From: Rhodospirillales bacterium
GTDB lineage: Bacteria; Pseudomonadota; Alphaproteobacteria; UBA8366; JADFVY01
Reading direction: 5' to 3'
DNA: 64,000 nt
NCBI GenBank assembly: GCA_020356105.1
Contig: CP070634.1
Coordinates: forward strand, 3,242,465 to 3,306,464
Shown here: positions 10,730-21,056 of the stretch, in pieces
Layout: every line of letters begins with the position of its first letter
Position numbering within the stretch: the first letter of the stretch is position 1
Notes under the pieces: model-generated
What the model saw: only the letters and a program-made list of their open reading frames with translations
Told to the model about the DNA's origin: nothing
Database searches by the model: none
Position numbers and translations under genes: made by a program

Positions 10730-10744
10730 TTAACGTGAGGTTAA
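10730..10744 (-). promoter_or_regulatory. Perfect CtrA-type box (TTAA-N7-TTAAC when read on the minus strand)
   Basis: The plus strand reads GTTAACGTGAGGTTAAT and the minus strand reads TTAACCTCACGTTAAC. It lies about 100 bp upstream of the AEC transporter ATG. Confidence 0.35.
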
Positions 10745-10778
10745 TCGAGGCGCGCCGTCGGGCCGGCGGGCGCTGTGG

Positions 10779-11543
10779 TCAGGGCCTTAAGAACAGCGAG
10801 TCGCCGCGCACTTCGTATCCCGACAAACGGTCAAGGAAACTCATGCCGAGCAGCGACTCCGACATCGCCGCATCGTTCACGGATGCGGCAACCCCATGGA
10901 AGCGGATTGATCCCACCGCGACGCTCTGCAGCGTAACCGCGGCACCGCGGCCGATGCCGTTGGCGGTCTGATAGATGCGGTCGTAGGTCAGGGTTGACGG
11001 TGCGAATCCGAGCCGTCGCGCATCGGCCGGGCTGAGCACGATTTCGCTGGCTCCGGTATCGACAAGAAAGCGAATCGGGCGGCCGTTCACCTCCGCGTCG
11101 ATATAGAAATGGCCGTCTGCGCCCCGGCGGAACGCAAGCTCGCCACTGGCGAGCATCTGGCTGCGCGATGGCTCGAGCTCGCCGAGAATTCGGTTGCCGA
11201 CCATCATTAGCTCGCCGCGAAAACCGTAAACGGCGACCAGCCCGGCGACGACGGCCGCCCAGATCGCAAGATCCCTGACCGCCTTGCCCAGATTGAGCGT
11301 TCTGCTCGCCAGGATGCCGCTGGCGACCAGCGCGAGGATCGCCAGCCAGCGGATGAAATCGGCCGTCGCCCCGGGCGTATCAATCGCGCCCGGATGACGA
11401 CCCGATAGCCAGATGAACAGCCCGGTCAGCCCGATCGCGATCGCTACGACAATCAGCCAGCGCCGGCCGCGCGATCGGCCGCCGCGCCACGCGCCGCCGC
11501 CATCGGGCGGATCGCGGCGCGGTGTCGGTGGTATGTGCGACAT
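10779..11543 (-). CDS. Membrane-anchored retropepsin-like (clan AA, TIGR02281-type) aspartic protease
   Basis: N-terminal TM segments followed by GHFYIDAEVNGRPIRFLVDTGASEIVL with the D-T-G active-site motif. Confidence 0.8.
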   Translation of the reverse strand: MSHIPPTPRRDPPDGGGAWRGGRSRGRRWLIVVAIAIGLTGLFIWLSGRHPGAIDTPGATADFIRWLAILALVASGILASRTLNLGKAVRDLAIWAAVVAGLVAVYGFRGELMMVGNRILGELEPSRSQMLASGELAFRRGADGHFYIDAEVNGRPIRFLVDTGASEIVLSPADARRLGFAPSTLTYDRIYQTANGIGRGAAVTLQSVAVGSIRFHGVAASVNDAAMSESLLGMSFLDRLSGYEVRGDSLFLRP

Positions 11544-11581
11544 GTGCCGTGGGCATGCGTGCGGTTGGAGGAAAGATCCGT

Positions 11582-13015
11582 TCAGGCGGCCGTGCCGCCG
11601 ACCGTCAGGCCGTCGACGCGGATCGTTGGCTGACCGACCCCGACCGGCACGCCCTGACCATCCTTGCCGCAGGTGCCGATGCCCGGGTCGAGCGCCATGT
11701 CGCTGCCGATCATCGAAACGCGGGTCAGCACGTCGGGTCCGTTGCCGATCAGGGTGGCGCCCTTGACCGGCGCGCCAAGTCTGCCGTTCTCGATTAAATA
11801 CGCCTCGGTGCAGCTGAACACGAACTTGCCGCTGGTGATGTCGACCTGCCCGCCGCCGAAATTGACCGCGTACAGCCCCTTTTTTACCGAACCCAGGATT
11901 TCCGCCGGATCCTCGGTTCCGGCCAGCATGTAGGTGTTGGTCATGCGCGGCATCGGCGCATGCGCAAAGGACTGGCGGCGGCCGTTGCCGGTTGGCTTCA
12001 TGCCCATCAGCCGCGCATTCTGCCGGTCCTGCATGTAGCCGACCAGGATTCCGTCCTCGATCAGCGTCGTGCTGCTCGTCGGCGTACCCTCGTCGTCGAC
12101 CGACAGCGAGCCGCGCCGGTCGGCCAGCGTGCCGTCGTCGACGACGGTCACCCCCGACGCGGCGACCCGCTCGCCCATCAACCCAGCGAAGGCCGAGGTC
12201 TTCTTGCGGTTGAAATCGCCCTCGAGGCCGTGGCCGATTGCCTCGTGCAGCAGGATGCCCGGCCAGCCGGGACCCAGTACCACGTCCATCTCGCCGGCCG
12301 GCGCCGGAACCGATTCCAGATTGACCAGCGCTTGGCGCAAGGCTTCGTCGACCTGGTCCTTCCAGATCTCGGGATCGAAGAACGCCCGGAATCCGAATCG
12401 CCCGCCGGCGCCATAGCTGCCGCTTTCCATGCGCTCACCGTCGCCGACCACCACCGACACGCTGAGCCGAACCAGCGGGCGAATGTCGCCGACCCGGTCA
12501 CCGCTGCTGCGGATGATCTGGACCGCCTGCCATTCCCCGGCGAGCGCGGCGGTCACCTGGCGCACGCGGCTGTCCTTCGCCCGCGCGTACGAATCGATCT
12601 CGGTCAGCAGCCGGACCTTGTCCTCGAACGCAAATCCGCCCAGCGGGTTTTCGTCGCTGTAGAGGCTGCGGTTGGTGCCGGTCGGTGGCACCGACATGGT
12701 TCCGCCATGACCCGCGTGCACCGCCTTGACGGTGTCAGCCGCGCGTGCGATCGCCGCCTCGCTGAGGTCGCTCGCATGGGCATAGCCGATCGCTTCGCCG
12801 GCGATCGCCCGCAAGCCGAAACCCTGCGCGGTATCGAAGCTGGCGCTGCGAATCTTGCCGTCGTCGAAGGATACCGCTTCCGACTGGCAATATTCCAGGT
12901 ACAGCTCGCCGTCATCGGCACCACTCAGCGCGTCGTCGACAAGTTTCTCGACCGCCGTGCGATCCAGCTCGGTGCGCTCGAAGAACAGCTGGTCCGTCTG
13001 GCTGAGGTCACTCAT
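11582..13015 (-). CDS. tldD: TldD metalloprotease
   Basis: 477 aa with a TldD-type sequence including the HEAIGHGLEGD metal-binding motif. Confidence 0.92.
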   Translation of the reverse strand: MSDLSQTDQLFFERTELDRTAVEKLVDDALSGADDGELYLEYCQSEAVSFDDGKIRSASFDTAQGFGLRAIAGEAIGYAHASDLSEAAIARAADTVKAVHAGHGGTMSVPPTGTNRSLYSDENPLGGFAFEDKVRLLTEIDSYARAKDSRVRQVTAALAGEWQAVQIIRSSGDRVGDIRPLVRLSVSVVVGDGERMESGSYGAGGRFGFRAFFDPEIWKDQVDEALRQALVNLESVPAPAGEMDVVLGPGWPGILLHEAIGHGLEGDFNRKKTSAFAGLMGERVAASGVTVVDDGTLADRRGSLSVDDEGTPTSSTTLIEDGILVGYMQDRQNARLMGMKPTGNGRRQSFAHAPMPRMTNTYMLAGTEDPAEILGSVKKGLYAVNFGGGQVDITSGKFVFSCTEAYLIENGRLGAPVKGATLIGNGPDVLTRVSMIGSDMALDPGIGTCGKDGQGVPVGVGQPTIRVDGLTVGGTAA

Positions 13016-13130
13016 GATTCCTCTTCCACATTATTCACCATTGCCGCAGGGCCTCAGTCTGCTTTACACCATTATATAGGGCAATGGCCCCATTTTTCCG
13101 CCTTCCCGATCGCACAGCGCGCTGTCCTTG

Positions 13131-14429
13131 ATGCCGAACTTCAGAGAACACGGCTTGCGCCATAGTCTCGTCAACGAAGTGCACGCCCGGCCCTTCGAGA
13201 GCTTGAACGCGCCGGTGCGCGTGTCCCATTTGGCCTGGCTGACTGGTGAAGATGCGGCGACGGCCGACCGCGAGCAGCTGGCCGATCTGTGCCGACGCTT
13301 CGACGTGTCACCGCCGACGCAGGAGGTCAACCATTACTCGGTTGAGCTCGGCCCCGTCCGCTGTCGCTGGGAACGGCACACCGAGTTCACCAGCTACACC
13401 TTCTTCTGCCAGGGCGCGCCGCCAGAGTCGTTCCAGGCGCCGGCGAGCGATCAGGTGCCGGCCGACTGGCTCGCCGCATGCCCGGGCGAGCTACTGGTTG
13501 CCTGCCATCTTCTCCTCCAACCCGCGGGCGACTCCGAGGGCGGCTCGACGGAACCGCACCAGTTCCTTGTCGAGGACAGTGTCGCCGGGAGCCTGATGGC
13601 CGGCGGCAACGCGGAGGCGTGGACCGATTTCCGGCTGCACGAGGACGGCTTCGGGCGCATCCTTGTCCGCGATCGCGGCTTGCGGGCGCGCCAGGCCGGG
13701 CGGCTCGTGCAACGGCTGCTGGAGATAGAGACCTACCGCCTGCTGGCGCTGCTGGCGCTGCCTCTGGCCCGCGACGCCGGTCCGGAAATCAGCGATATCG
13801 CCGGACGGTTGATGACCATCACCGATGGCATGACCCGGCTCGAGCGGCTCGCGGAGCAGCGCAGCATGGTCGAGCAGCTGACGACGCTCGCCGCGCGGCT
13901 CGAGCGCCTCGCCTCGACCAACACCTATCGATTCAGCGCCGCCGCCGCCTACTACGCGCTGACCGAGAAACGCATCGCCGAACTGCGCGAGGCGCGGATC
14001 GAGGGTCTCCAGACGATCGGCGAATTCATGGAGCGACGCATGGCTCCCGCCATGCGCAGTTGCGAGGCGATCGCTGCGCGCCAGGACAGGCTCGCCGACC
14101 GGATCGCGCGGGCGACGTCGATGCTGCGAACCCGCGTCGACATTGCGATGGAGGAGCAGAACCGGAATCTTCTGCAGTCGATGGACCGGCGCGCCAAGCT
14201 GCAGCTGCGGTTGCAGGAGACCGTCGAGGGGCTCTCGGTCGCTGCGATTAGCTACTACCTCGTCGGGCTGGTCGGCTACGCGGCCAAGGGCGCTTCGGCC
14301 GCCGGTCTTGCGGTGCCGGTCGATCTCGTCGTCGGGTTGTCGATCCCTGCGGTCGTGCTGCTGGTCTGGGGGGCCGTCCGAAGGGTGCGCAAGCGGCTCG
14401 GCAGAAGCGCCGGCGACGCGCGGCCATGA
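13131..14429 (+). CDS. DUF3422 family membrane-anchored protein
   Basis: MPNFREHGLRHSLVNEVHARPFE…RWERHTEFTSYTF…, coiled-coil-like middle, two C-terminal TM segments. ATG at 13131 (the track starts at TTG 13128). Confidence 0.7.
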   Translation: MPNFREHGLRHSLVNEVHARPFESLNAPVRVSHLAWLTGEDAATADREQLADLCRRFDVSPPTQEVNHYSVELGPVRCRWERHTEFTSYTFFCQGAPPESFQAPASDQVPADWLAACPGELLVACHLLLQPAGDSEGGSTEPHQFLVEDSVAGSLMAGGNAEAWTDFRLHEDGFGRILVRDRGLRARQAGRLVQRLLEIETYRLLALLALPLARDAGPEISDIAGRLMTITDGMTRLERLAEQRSMVEQLTTLAARLERLASTNTYRFSAAAAYYALTEKRIAELREARIEGLQTIGEFMERRMAPAMRSCEAIAARQDRLADRIARATSMLRTRVDIAMEEQNRNLLQSMDRRAKLQLRLQETVEGLSVAAISYYLVGLVGYAAKGASAAGLAVPVDLVVGLSIPAVVLLVWGAVRRVRKRLGRSAGDARP

Positions 14430-14458
14430 TGTATGTCAACAATTGTCCGAATTCGGTT

Positions 14459-14473
14459 GCGACAAAATGTCGC
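14459..14473. promoter_or_regulatory. Perfect palindrome GCGAC-AAAAT-GTCGC upstream of the cox operon
   Basis: GCGACAAAATGTCGC lies about 227 bp upstream of the coxB ATG. It is directly preceded by the CCGAATTCGG palindrome (14447..14456). Confidence 0.3.
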
Positions 14474-14699
14474 GCCGCGTATTGATGGGCAAAACCTGTG
14501 TTTTCGTATGGAAATCGGCCAGCCAGATTGGCCACGCCGCGATCCGGGACAAGGGGGCTGCGTCGGTGATGCTTGATCGCCGGCGATGACCGAATAGAAT
14601 GCCGCCGAAAAATCGAGCCGGAAATCGCCCGGGTCCTAGAGGACAGGGTGTACCCCGGCCCTTATGGTTGGTTCAGAGACGGGAGAAATCACCGTGACA

Positions 14700-15533
14700 A
14701 TGCGACTCGCCGCGCTGGCGGCATTGTTTCTCGCGATCCTGGGTGGGCCCGCGCTGGCGGCGGAGCCGTTGCCCTGGCAGATTGGCTTTCAGGAACCGGC
14801 TTCGCCCACGATGGAGGCGATCAGCGGGTTTCACACGGGGCTGTTGTGGCTGATAACGGCGATTTCGCTGTTCGTTCTGGTGCTGCTGCTGGTGGTGATC
14901 TTCCGCTTCCGCGAGAGCCGCAATCCGACACCGTCCCGAACCACGCATAACACGCTGCTCGAGGTGGTGTGGACCGTTGTTCCGGTGATCATCCTCGTTA
15001 TCCTCTTCATCCCGTCCTACCGGGTCATGGTCTTCGCGGACCGGGCGGAGAATGCGGACATGACGTTGAAGGTGATCGGCCATCAATGGTACTGGAGCTA
15101 CCAGTATCCGGACCACGGCAACTTCACGTTCGACGCCCTGCTGGTGCCCGAAGAGGACCTCGAGGACAAGAGCAAGCGTCTCCTGGAGACGGACAACCGG
15201 GTCGTGTTGCCGGTTGGCAAGAAGATCCGGCTGCTGCTGACCGCCGATGACGTGCTTCATTCGTGGGGCGTGCCGGCGCTCGGGATCAAGCTGGATACGG
15301 TGCCCGGCCGCCTGAACGAGACATGGGTCGAGATCAGCCGGGAGGGCGTGTATTACGGCTTCTGTTCCGAACTCTGCGGTGTGAACCACGCCTATATGCC
15401 GATCGCGATCGAGGCTGTCAGCGAGGCGGAATTCGACGCCTGGGTGGAAAAGGCCCAGGAGGAATTTGCCCGGGTCGACGGACCGCCGGCGGATGGGCCG
15501 GTCAGCGTGGCGCAGACCACGCCGGTCGAGTAA
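14700..15533 (+). CDS. coxB: Cytochrome c oxidase (aa3) subunit II
   Basis: Signal/TM N-terminus and the CuA site CSELCGVNHAYM. ATG at 14700 is preferred over the track start at 14664. Confidence 0.93.
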   Translation: MRLAALAALFLAILGGPALAAEPLPWQIGFQEPASPTMEAISGFHTGLLWLITAISLFVLVLLLVVIFRFRESRNPTPSRTTHNTLLEVVWTVVPVIILVILFIPSYRVMVFADRAENADMTLKVIGHQWYWSYQYPDHGNFTFDALLVPEEDLEDKSKRLLETDNRVVLPVGKKIRLLLTADDVLHSWGVPALGIKLDTVPGRLNETWVEISREGVYYGFCSELCGVNHAYMPIAIEAVSEAEFDAWVEKAQEEFARVDGPPADGPVSVAQTTPVE

Positions 15534-15554
15534 CGCGGCGCAAAGACAGAATAG

Positions 15555-17183
<1,629 letters not shown>

Positions 17184-17203
17184 CGGGGCGGGGCGGAAGT
17201 TCG

Positions 17204-18115
17204 ATGTCCGACAGTCTCTATACGGCGACGTCGCGCCGCGACGGCGCCCCGGGCGCCGCCGGCGACTTTGTCGCGCTTCTCAAGCCACGTGTGATGTCAC
17301 TCGTGGTCTTCACCGGCTTCGTCGGAATGCTGATCGCTCCGGGGACGATCCACCCGGTTCTGGCGGCGGTCGCGGTGCTGTGCATCGCCGTCGGATCGGG
17401 AGCGGCCGGGGCCATCAATATGTGGTACGACCGCGACATCGATGCGGTGATGGCGCGCACGCGGCACCGCCCGATCCCGTCCGGCCGCATCGCTGCTGGC
17501 GAGGCGCTCGGCTTCGGCATCTTCCTGTCCGTCGCGTCGGTGGCCATGATGGGCTTGATGGTGAACTGGGCGGCGGGCTCGCTGCTGGCCCTGGCGATCC
17601 TGTTCTACGTCTTCGTCTACACCGTCTGGCTGAAGCGGCGGACGCCGCAGAACATCGTGATCGGCGGCGCCGCCGGGGCCTTTCCGCCGATGATCGGTTG
17701 GGCGGCGGTTACCGGCTCGGTCTCGGTCGAATCGGTCGCACTGTTCGCGCTGATCTTCTTCTGGACGCCACCGCATTTCTGGGCTCTGTCGCTCTATCGC
17801 TGTGGCGACTACCACGATGCGGGGGTGCCGATGCTGCCGGTCGTGGCCGGCAAAGCGGTGACAAAGCGGCAGATGCTCTTTTACACCGTGCTGTTGATGC
17901 CGGTGGCCCTGGCGCCGACCATGCTCGGCATGGCCGGTTGGATCTACGGTGCGTCCTCGATCGTGCTCGGCCTCGGCTTTGTGCTCGCCGCGTTGGCGGT
18001 GCTGCGCAGCGATGCCGATGCACCGGCCAGGCGGATGTTCGGCTACTCGTTGTTCTATCTTGCTGGCCACTTTGCTCTGTTGTTGATCGACGGTTCGGCG
18101 GGACTCTCTGGGTAA
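17204..18115 (+). CDS. ctaB: Heme o synthase (protoheme IX farnesyltransferase)
   Basis: UbiA-superfamily motif [23 protein letters not shown]. It occupies the expected position in the cox cluster. Confidence 0.93.
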   Translation: MSDSLYTATSRRDGAPGAAGDFVALLKPRVMSLVVFTGFVGMLIAPGTIHPVLAAVAVLCIAVGSGAAGAINMWYDRDIDAVMARTRHRPIPSGRIAAGEALGFGIFLSVASVAMMGLMVNWAAGSLLALAILFYVFVYTVWLKRRTPQNIVIGGAAGAFPPMIGWAAVTGSVSVESVALFALIFFWTPPHFWALSLYRCGDYHDAGVPMLPVVAGKAVTKRQMLFYTVLLMPVALAPTMLGMAGWIYGASSIVLGLGFVLAALAVLRSDADAPARRMFGYSLFYLAGHFALLLIDGSAGLSG

Positions 18116-18122
18116 TGGACCA

Positions 18123-18299
18123 ATGGTGTCGCTCGTGACGCATGAACAGGGAGCACCCCGCGGCGGGGGCCGCGACGGGCGCGGCGGCGGCGACCGACGG
18201 CGCCGGTTGCGAAGCCGCAACATCGCGGTGGCGGCGGTTCTCGCCGCGATGGTCGTGCTGTTCTATGTTGTCGCCATCGTCAAGATGAGCGGGGGCTGA
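18123..18299 (+). CDS. Small (58 aa) single-TM protein between ctaB and ctaG (coxF/ORF1-like)
   Basis: Not in the ORF track (<60 aa). It translates to MVSLVTHEQGAPRGGGRDGRGGGDRRRRLRSRNIAVAAVLAAMVVLFYVVAIVKMSGG*. Third codon positions are GC-rich. TGA at 18297..18299 lies 3 nt before the ctaG ATG. Confidence 0.6.
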   Translation: MVSLVTHEQGAPRGGGRDGRGGGDRRRRLRSRNIAVAAVLAAMVVLFYVVAIVKMSGG

Positions 18300-18302
18300 A
18301 GC

Positions 18303-18896
18303 ATGGGGCCCGCAGCCAGGCGCCGCAACCGGCGGACGATGATCGCGTTGTTCGGCGTGGTCGCCGGCATGGTCGGTCTCGCCTTCGCCTCGGTGCCTCT
18401 CTACGACCTGTTCTGCCGCGTCACCGGCTTCGGCGGCACGCCTGGGACTGCTCAAGCACCGGCCGACGCGGTTCTCGAGCGATCGATCACGGTGCGCTTC
18501 GATGCGGGCGTCAATTCCGTGTTGCCATGGCGGTTTGCGCCGGCCCAAGGACCGATGACCGTGCGCGTCGGCGAGACGGCGCTGGCGTTCTATCGCGCGC
18601 AGAACATGGCCGCGGGGCCGACGACCGGCACGGCGGCCTACAATGTCACGCCGCTGAAGGCGGCGAAGTACTTCGACAAGATCGACTGCTTCTGCTTTTC
18701 GGAGCAGCGACTGGAAGCGGGGCAGACGGTCGATATGGCCGTATCCTTCTTCATCGATCCGGCGATTGTCGAGGACCGCAATCTCGACGAGGTGAACACG
18801 ATAACCCTGTCTTACACCTTCTTCCCCCTGCACGGCACGGAGGGTGGCGCGGTTGCCGCCCATACCGCGGCGGCGGCGGGCGAATCGGTGCAATGA
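18303..18896 (+). CDS. ctaG: Cytochrome c oxidase assembly protein Cox11/CtaG
   Basis: Cox11 copper motif KIDCFCFSEQ and an N-terminal TM anchor. Confidence 0.93.
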   Translation: MGPAARRRNRRTMIALFGVVAGMVGLAFASVPLYDLFCRVTGFGGTPGTAQAPADAVLERSITVRFDAGVNSVLPWRFAPAQGPMTVRVGETALAFYRAQNMAAGPTTGTAAYNVTPLKAAKYFDKIDCFCFSEQRLEAGQTVDMAVSFFIDPAIVEDRNLDEVNTITLSYTFFPLHGTEGGAVAAHTAAAAGESVQ

Positions 18897-18950
18897 CCGG
18901 GGATCGCAGGCATTAATCGATACGAAACGGTACAAACGAGGAAACACAGA

Positions 18951-19763
18951 ATGAGCGGCGCAGCCAAGCACGATTTTCATATGGTGGAACCGAGCCGCTG
19001 GCCCATGGTCGGCTCGATCGCGGCGTTTTCCCTGACCTTCGGGCTGGTTCTCTACATGCACCCCGAGATGCTCGGCGGGATCGGCGAGGCGCTCGGTATC
19101 CTGACGATTGTGCCGGGCCTGGTCCTGCTTGCGGTGACGATGTTCGGCTGGTGGACTGACGTGGTCAGGGAGGCCACCTTCGAGGGGCATCACACGCCTG
19201 TCGTCCAGCTCGGCCATCGCTACGGCATGATGCTGTTCATCGCCTCGGAGGTGATGTTCTTCGCCGCCTTCTTCTGGGCCTTCTTCAACTCAAGCCTGTT
19301 CCCCAAGGTCGACCCGGCGGTGTGGCCGCCAGAGGGTATCGAGACCTTTCATTGGTACACGATCCCGCTGGTCAATACGCTGATCCTGCTGAGTTCGGGC
19401 GTTACCGTCACGGTCGCGCATCACAAGCTGCGCGAGGGCGACCAGCCGGGCACAGTGCGCTGGCTGTTGTTCACGATCATTCTCGGCATACTGTTCACGT
19501 CGCTGCAGGCCTACGAATATGTGTATGCGCCGTTCAGTTTCACCGACGGCATCTACCCGTCGACCTTTTTCATGGCCACCGGCTTCCACGGCGCCCATGT
19601 GATTATCGGCACCACCTTCCTGACGGTCTGCCTGTTCCGTGCGATGAAAGGACACTTCAAGCCCGAGCATCATTTCGGGTTCGAGGCCGCGGCGTGGTAC
19701 TGGCATTTCGTCGACGTGGTCTGGTTATTCCTGTTCACCTGCGTCTACGTCTGGGGCAGCTGA
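18951..19763 (+). CDS. ctaE: Cytochrome c oxidase subunit III
   Basis: 270 aa, 7-TM subunit III pattern (…FHGAHVIIGTTFL…WYWHFVDVVWLFLF). Confidence 0.95.
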   Translation: MSGAAKHDFHMVEPSRWPMVGSIAAFSLTFGLVLYMHPEMLGGIGEALGILTIVPGLVLLAVTMFGWWTDVVREATFEGHHTPVVQLGHRYGMMLFIASEVMFFAAFFWAFFNSSLFPKVDPAVWPPEGIETFHWYTIPLVNTLILLSSGVTVTVAHHKLREGDQPGTVRWLLFTIILGILFTSLQAYEYVYAPFSFTDGIYPSTFFMATGFHGAHVIIGTTFLTVCLFRAMKGHFKPEHHFGFEAAAWYWHFVDVVWLFLFTCVYVWGS

Positions 19764-19806
19764 GCTTGCTTTCGCCCGATTTCGCCGGGGCACGGGAGCT
19801 CGCCTG

Positions 19807-20190
19807 ATGGAGCCCCGTGCGCCGGTTTCGGTGATGCGTGCCGGGCTGCTGTGTCGCTGCCCGCGTTGCGGCGAGGGGCGGCTGTTCGTTGATGTGCTGC
19901 ATTTTCTGAGGGTTGCGGAAAACTGCGAGATTTGCGGCCTTGATCTCAGGCCCGAGGATAGCGGTGACGGCCCCGCCGTGTTCGTCATGTTCCTAACGGG
20001 CCCCCTCGTGGTGGCCCTGGCGATCCTGGTGGAAGTGCTGTTCCGCCCACCTCTGTGGCTGCATGCGCTGCTGTGGGCCCCGACGGTGCTGATTGCCTCG
20101 ATCGCGCTTCTGCGGCCGCTCAAGGCCACGCTGATCGCCCTGCAATACCGGCACAGGGCAGGCGAGGGCGGGAAGAATACCTTTACATAA
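19807..20190 (+). CDS. DUF983 protein (zinc-ribbon plus 2 TM)
   Basis: CPRCGEGRLF…CEICG Cys pairs followed by two hydrophobic helices. It sits between ctaE and SURF1. Confidence 0.75.
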   Translation: MEPRAPVSVMRAGLLCRCPRCGEGRLFVDVLHFLRVAENCEICGLDLRPEDSGDGPAVFVMFLTGPLVVALAILVEVLFRPPLWLHALLWAPTVLIASIALLRPLKATLIALQYRHRAGEGGKNTFT

Positions 20191-20246
20191 CAGCGACATC
20201 GTCTTATCTCGGTGTCCATGTGAGAGCGTAGCGGAAGGTCCCGGTC

Positions 20247-21056
20247 TTGACCTTGCGAGCGACATTCTGGCCCACCGTCATAACCGTGCCGGCACTCGCG
20301 GTGCTGGTGGCTCTCGGCGGCTGGCAACTGCACCGGATGCAGTGGAAGACGGCTCTGATCGGGGAGCTGCAGGTTCGCGGAGCGGCGTCGCCGATCCCGC
20401 TTCCTCTCGACACCAGGATTCCGACAGAGGACCTCCTGTATCGGCCGGTTCGCGTCACCGGACGATTCATCCATGACGCCGAGTCGTATCTGCTCAACCG
20501 CGTTCGCGACGGGACGCCGGGAATACATGTCGTCACGCCTTTCGTCCGCGCCGACGGAGGACCCACGCTGCTCGTCAATCGCGGCTGGGTGCCACTGGAT
20601 TGGCCGCAAAACCGCGGAGGCGCTGCGGCCAGCGAAGACCGCGAGGTCGTGGTCACCGGAGTTATCCGCGCCCCCGAGCCGCCCGGCTGGTTCACGCCGG
20701 AGAACAATCCGGAGCGTAACGAGTGGTACTATCTGGATCTGTCGGCCATGGCCGAATCGGTCGGGGTGCTGCCGTTCGTTGATTATTACATCTACGCGAC
20801 GGGCGAGGCGTTCGTAGACAACAAGCCGGAGGAGGCCGGGACCGCGGCCGGCGCTGGCGGGACCGCACAACCCACAGCGGCCGAAACACATGCCGCATCC
20901 GCTTTTCCGGTCCCCAATACCTGGCGCGTCGATCTGCCAAACAATCATCTGTCCTATGCGCTGACCTGGTTTGCCCTCGCGGCGGCGCTGCTGGTGATCT
21001 ACTTCGTCTATCACGCGCGACAGGCGCCGCGAACGACCGTGGACGATAGCGGTTGA
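20247..21056 (+). CDS. SURF1-family cytochrome oxidase biogenesis protein
   Basis: The N-terminal TM with …LGGWQLHRMQWK… and the C-terminal NNHLSYALTWFALA are SURF1 hallmarks. TTG start. Confidence 0.88.
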   Translation: MTLRATFWPTVITVPALAVLVALGGWQLHRMQWKTALIGELQVRGAASPIPLPLDTRIPTEDLLYRPVRVTGRFIHDAESYLLNRVRDGTPGIHVVTPFVRADGGPTLLVNRGWVPLDWPQNRGGAAASEDREVVVTGVIRAPEPPGWFTPENNPERNEWYYLDLSAMAESVGVLPFVDYYIYATGEAFVDNKPEEAGTAAGAGGTAQPTAAETHAASAFPVPNTWRVDLPNNHLSYALTWFALAAALLVIYFVYHARQAPRTTVDDSG

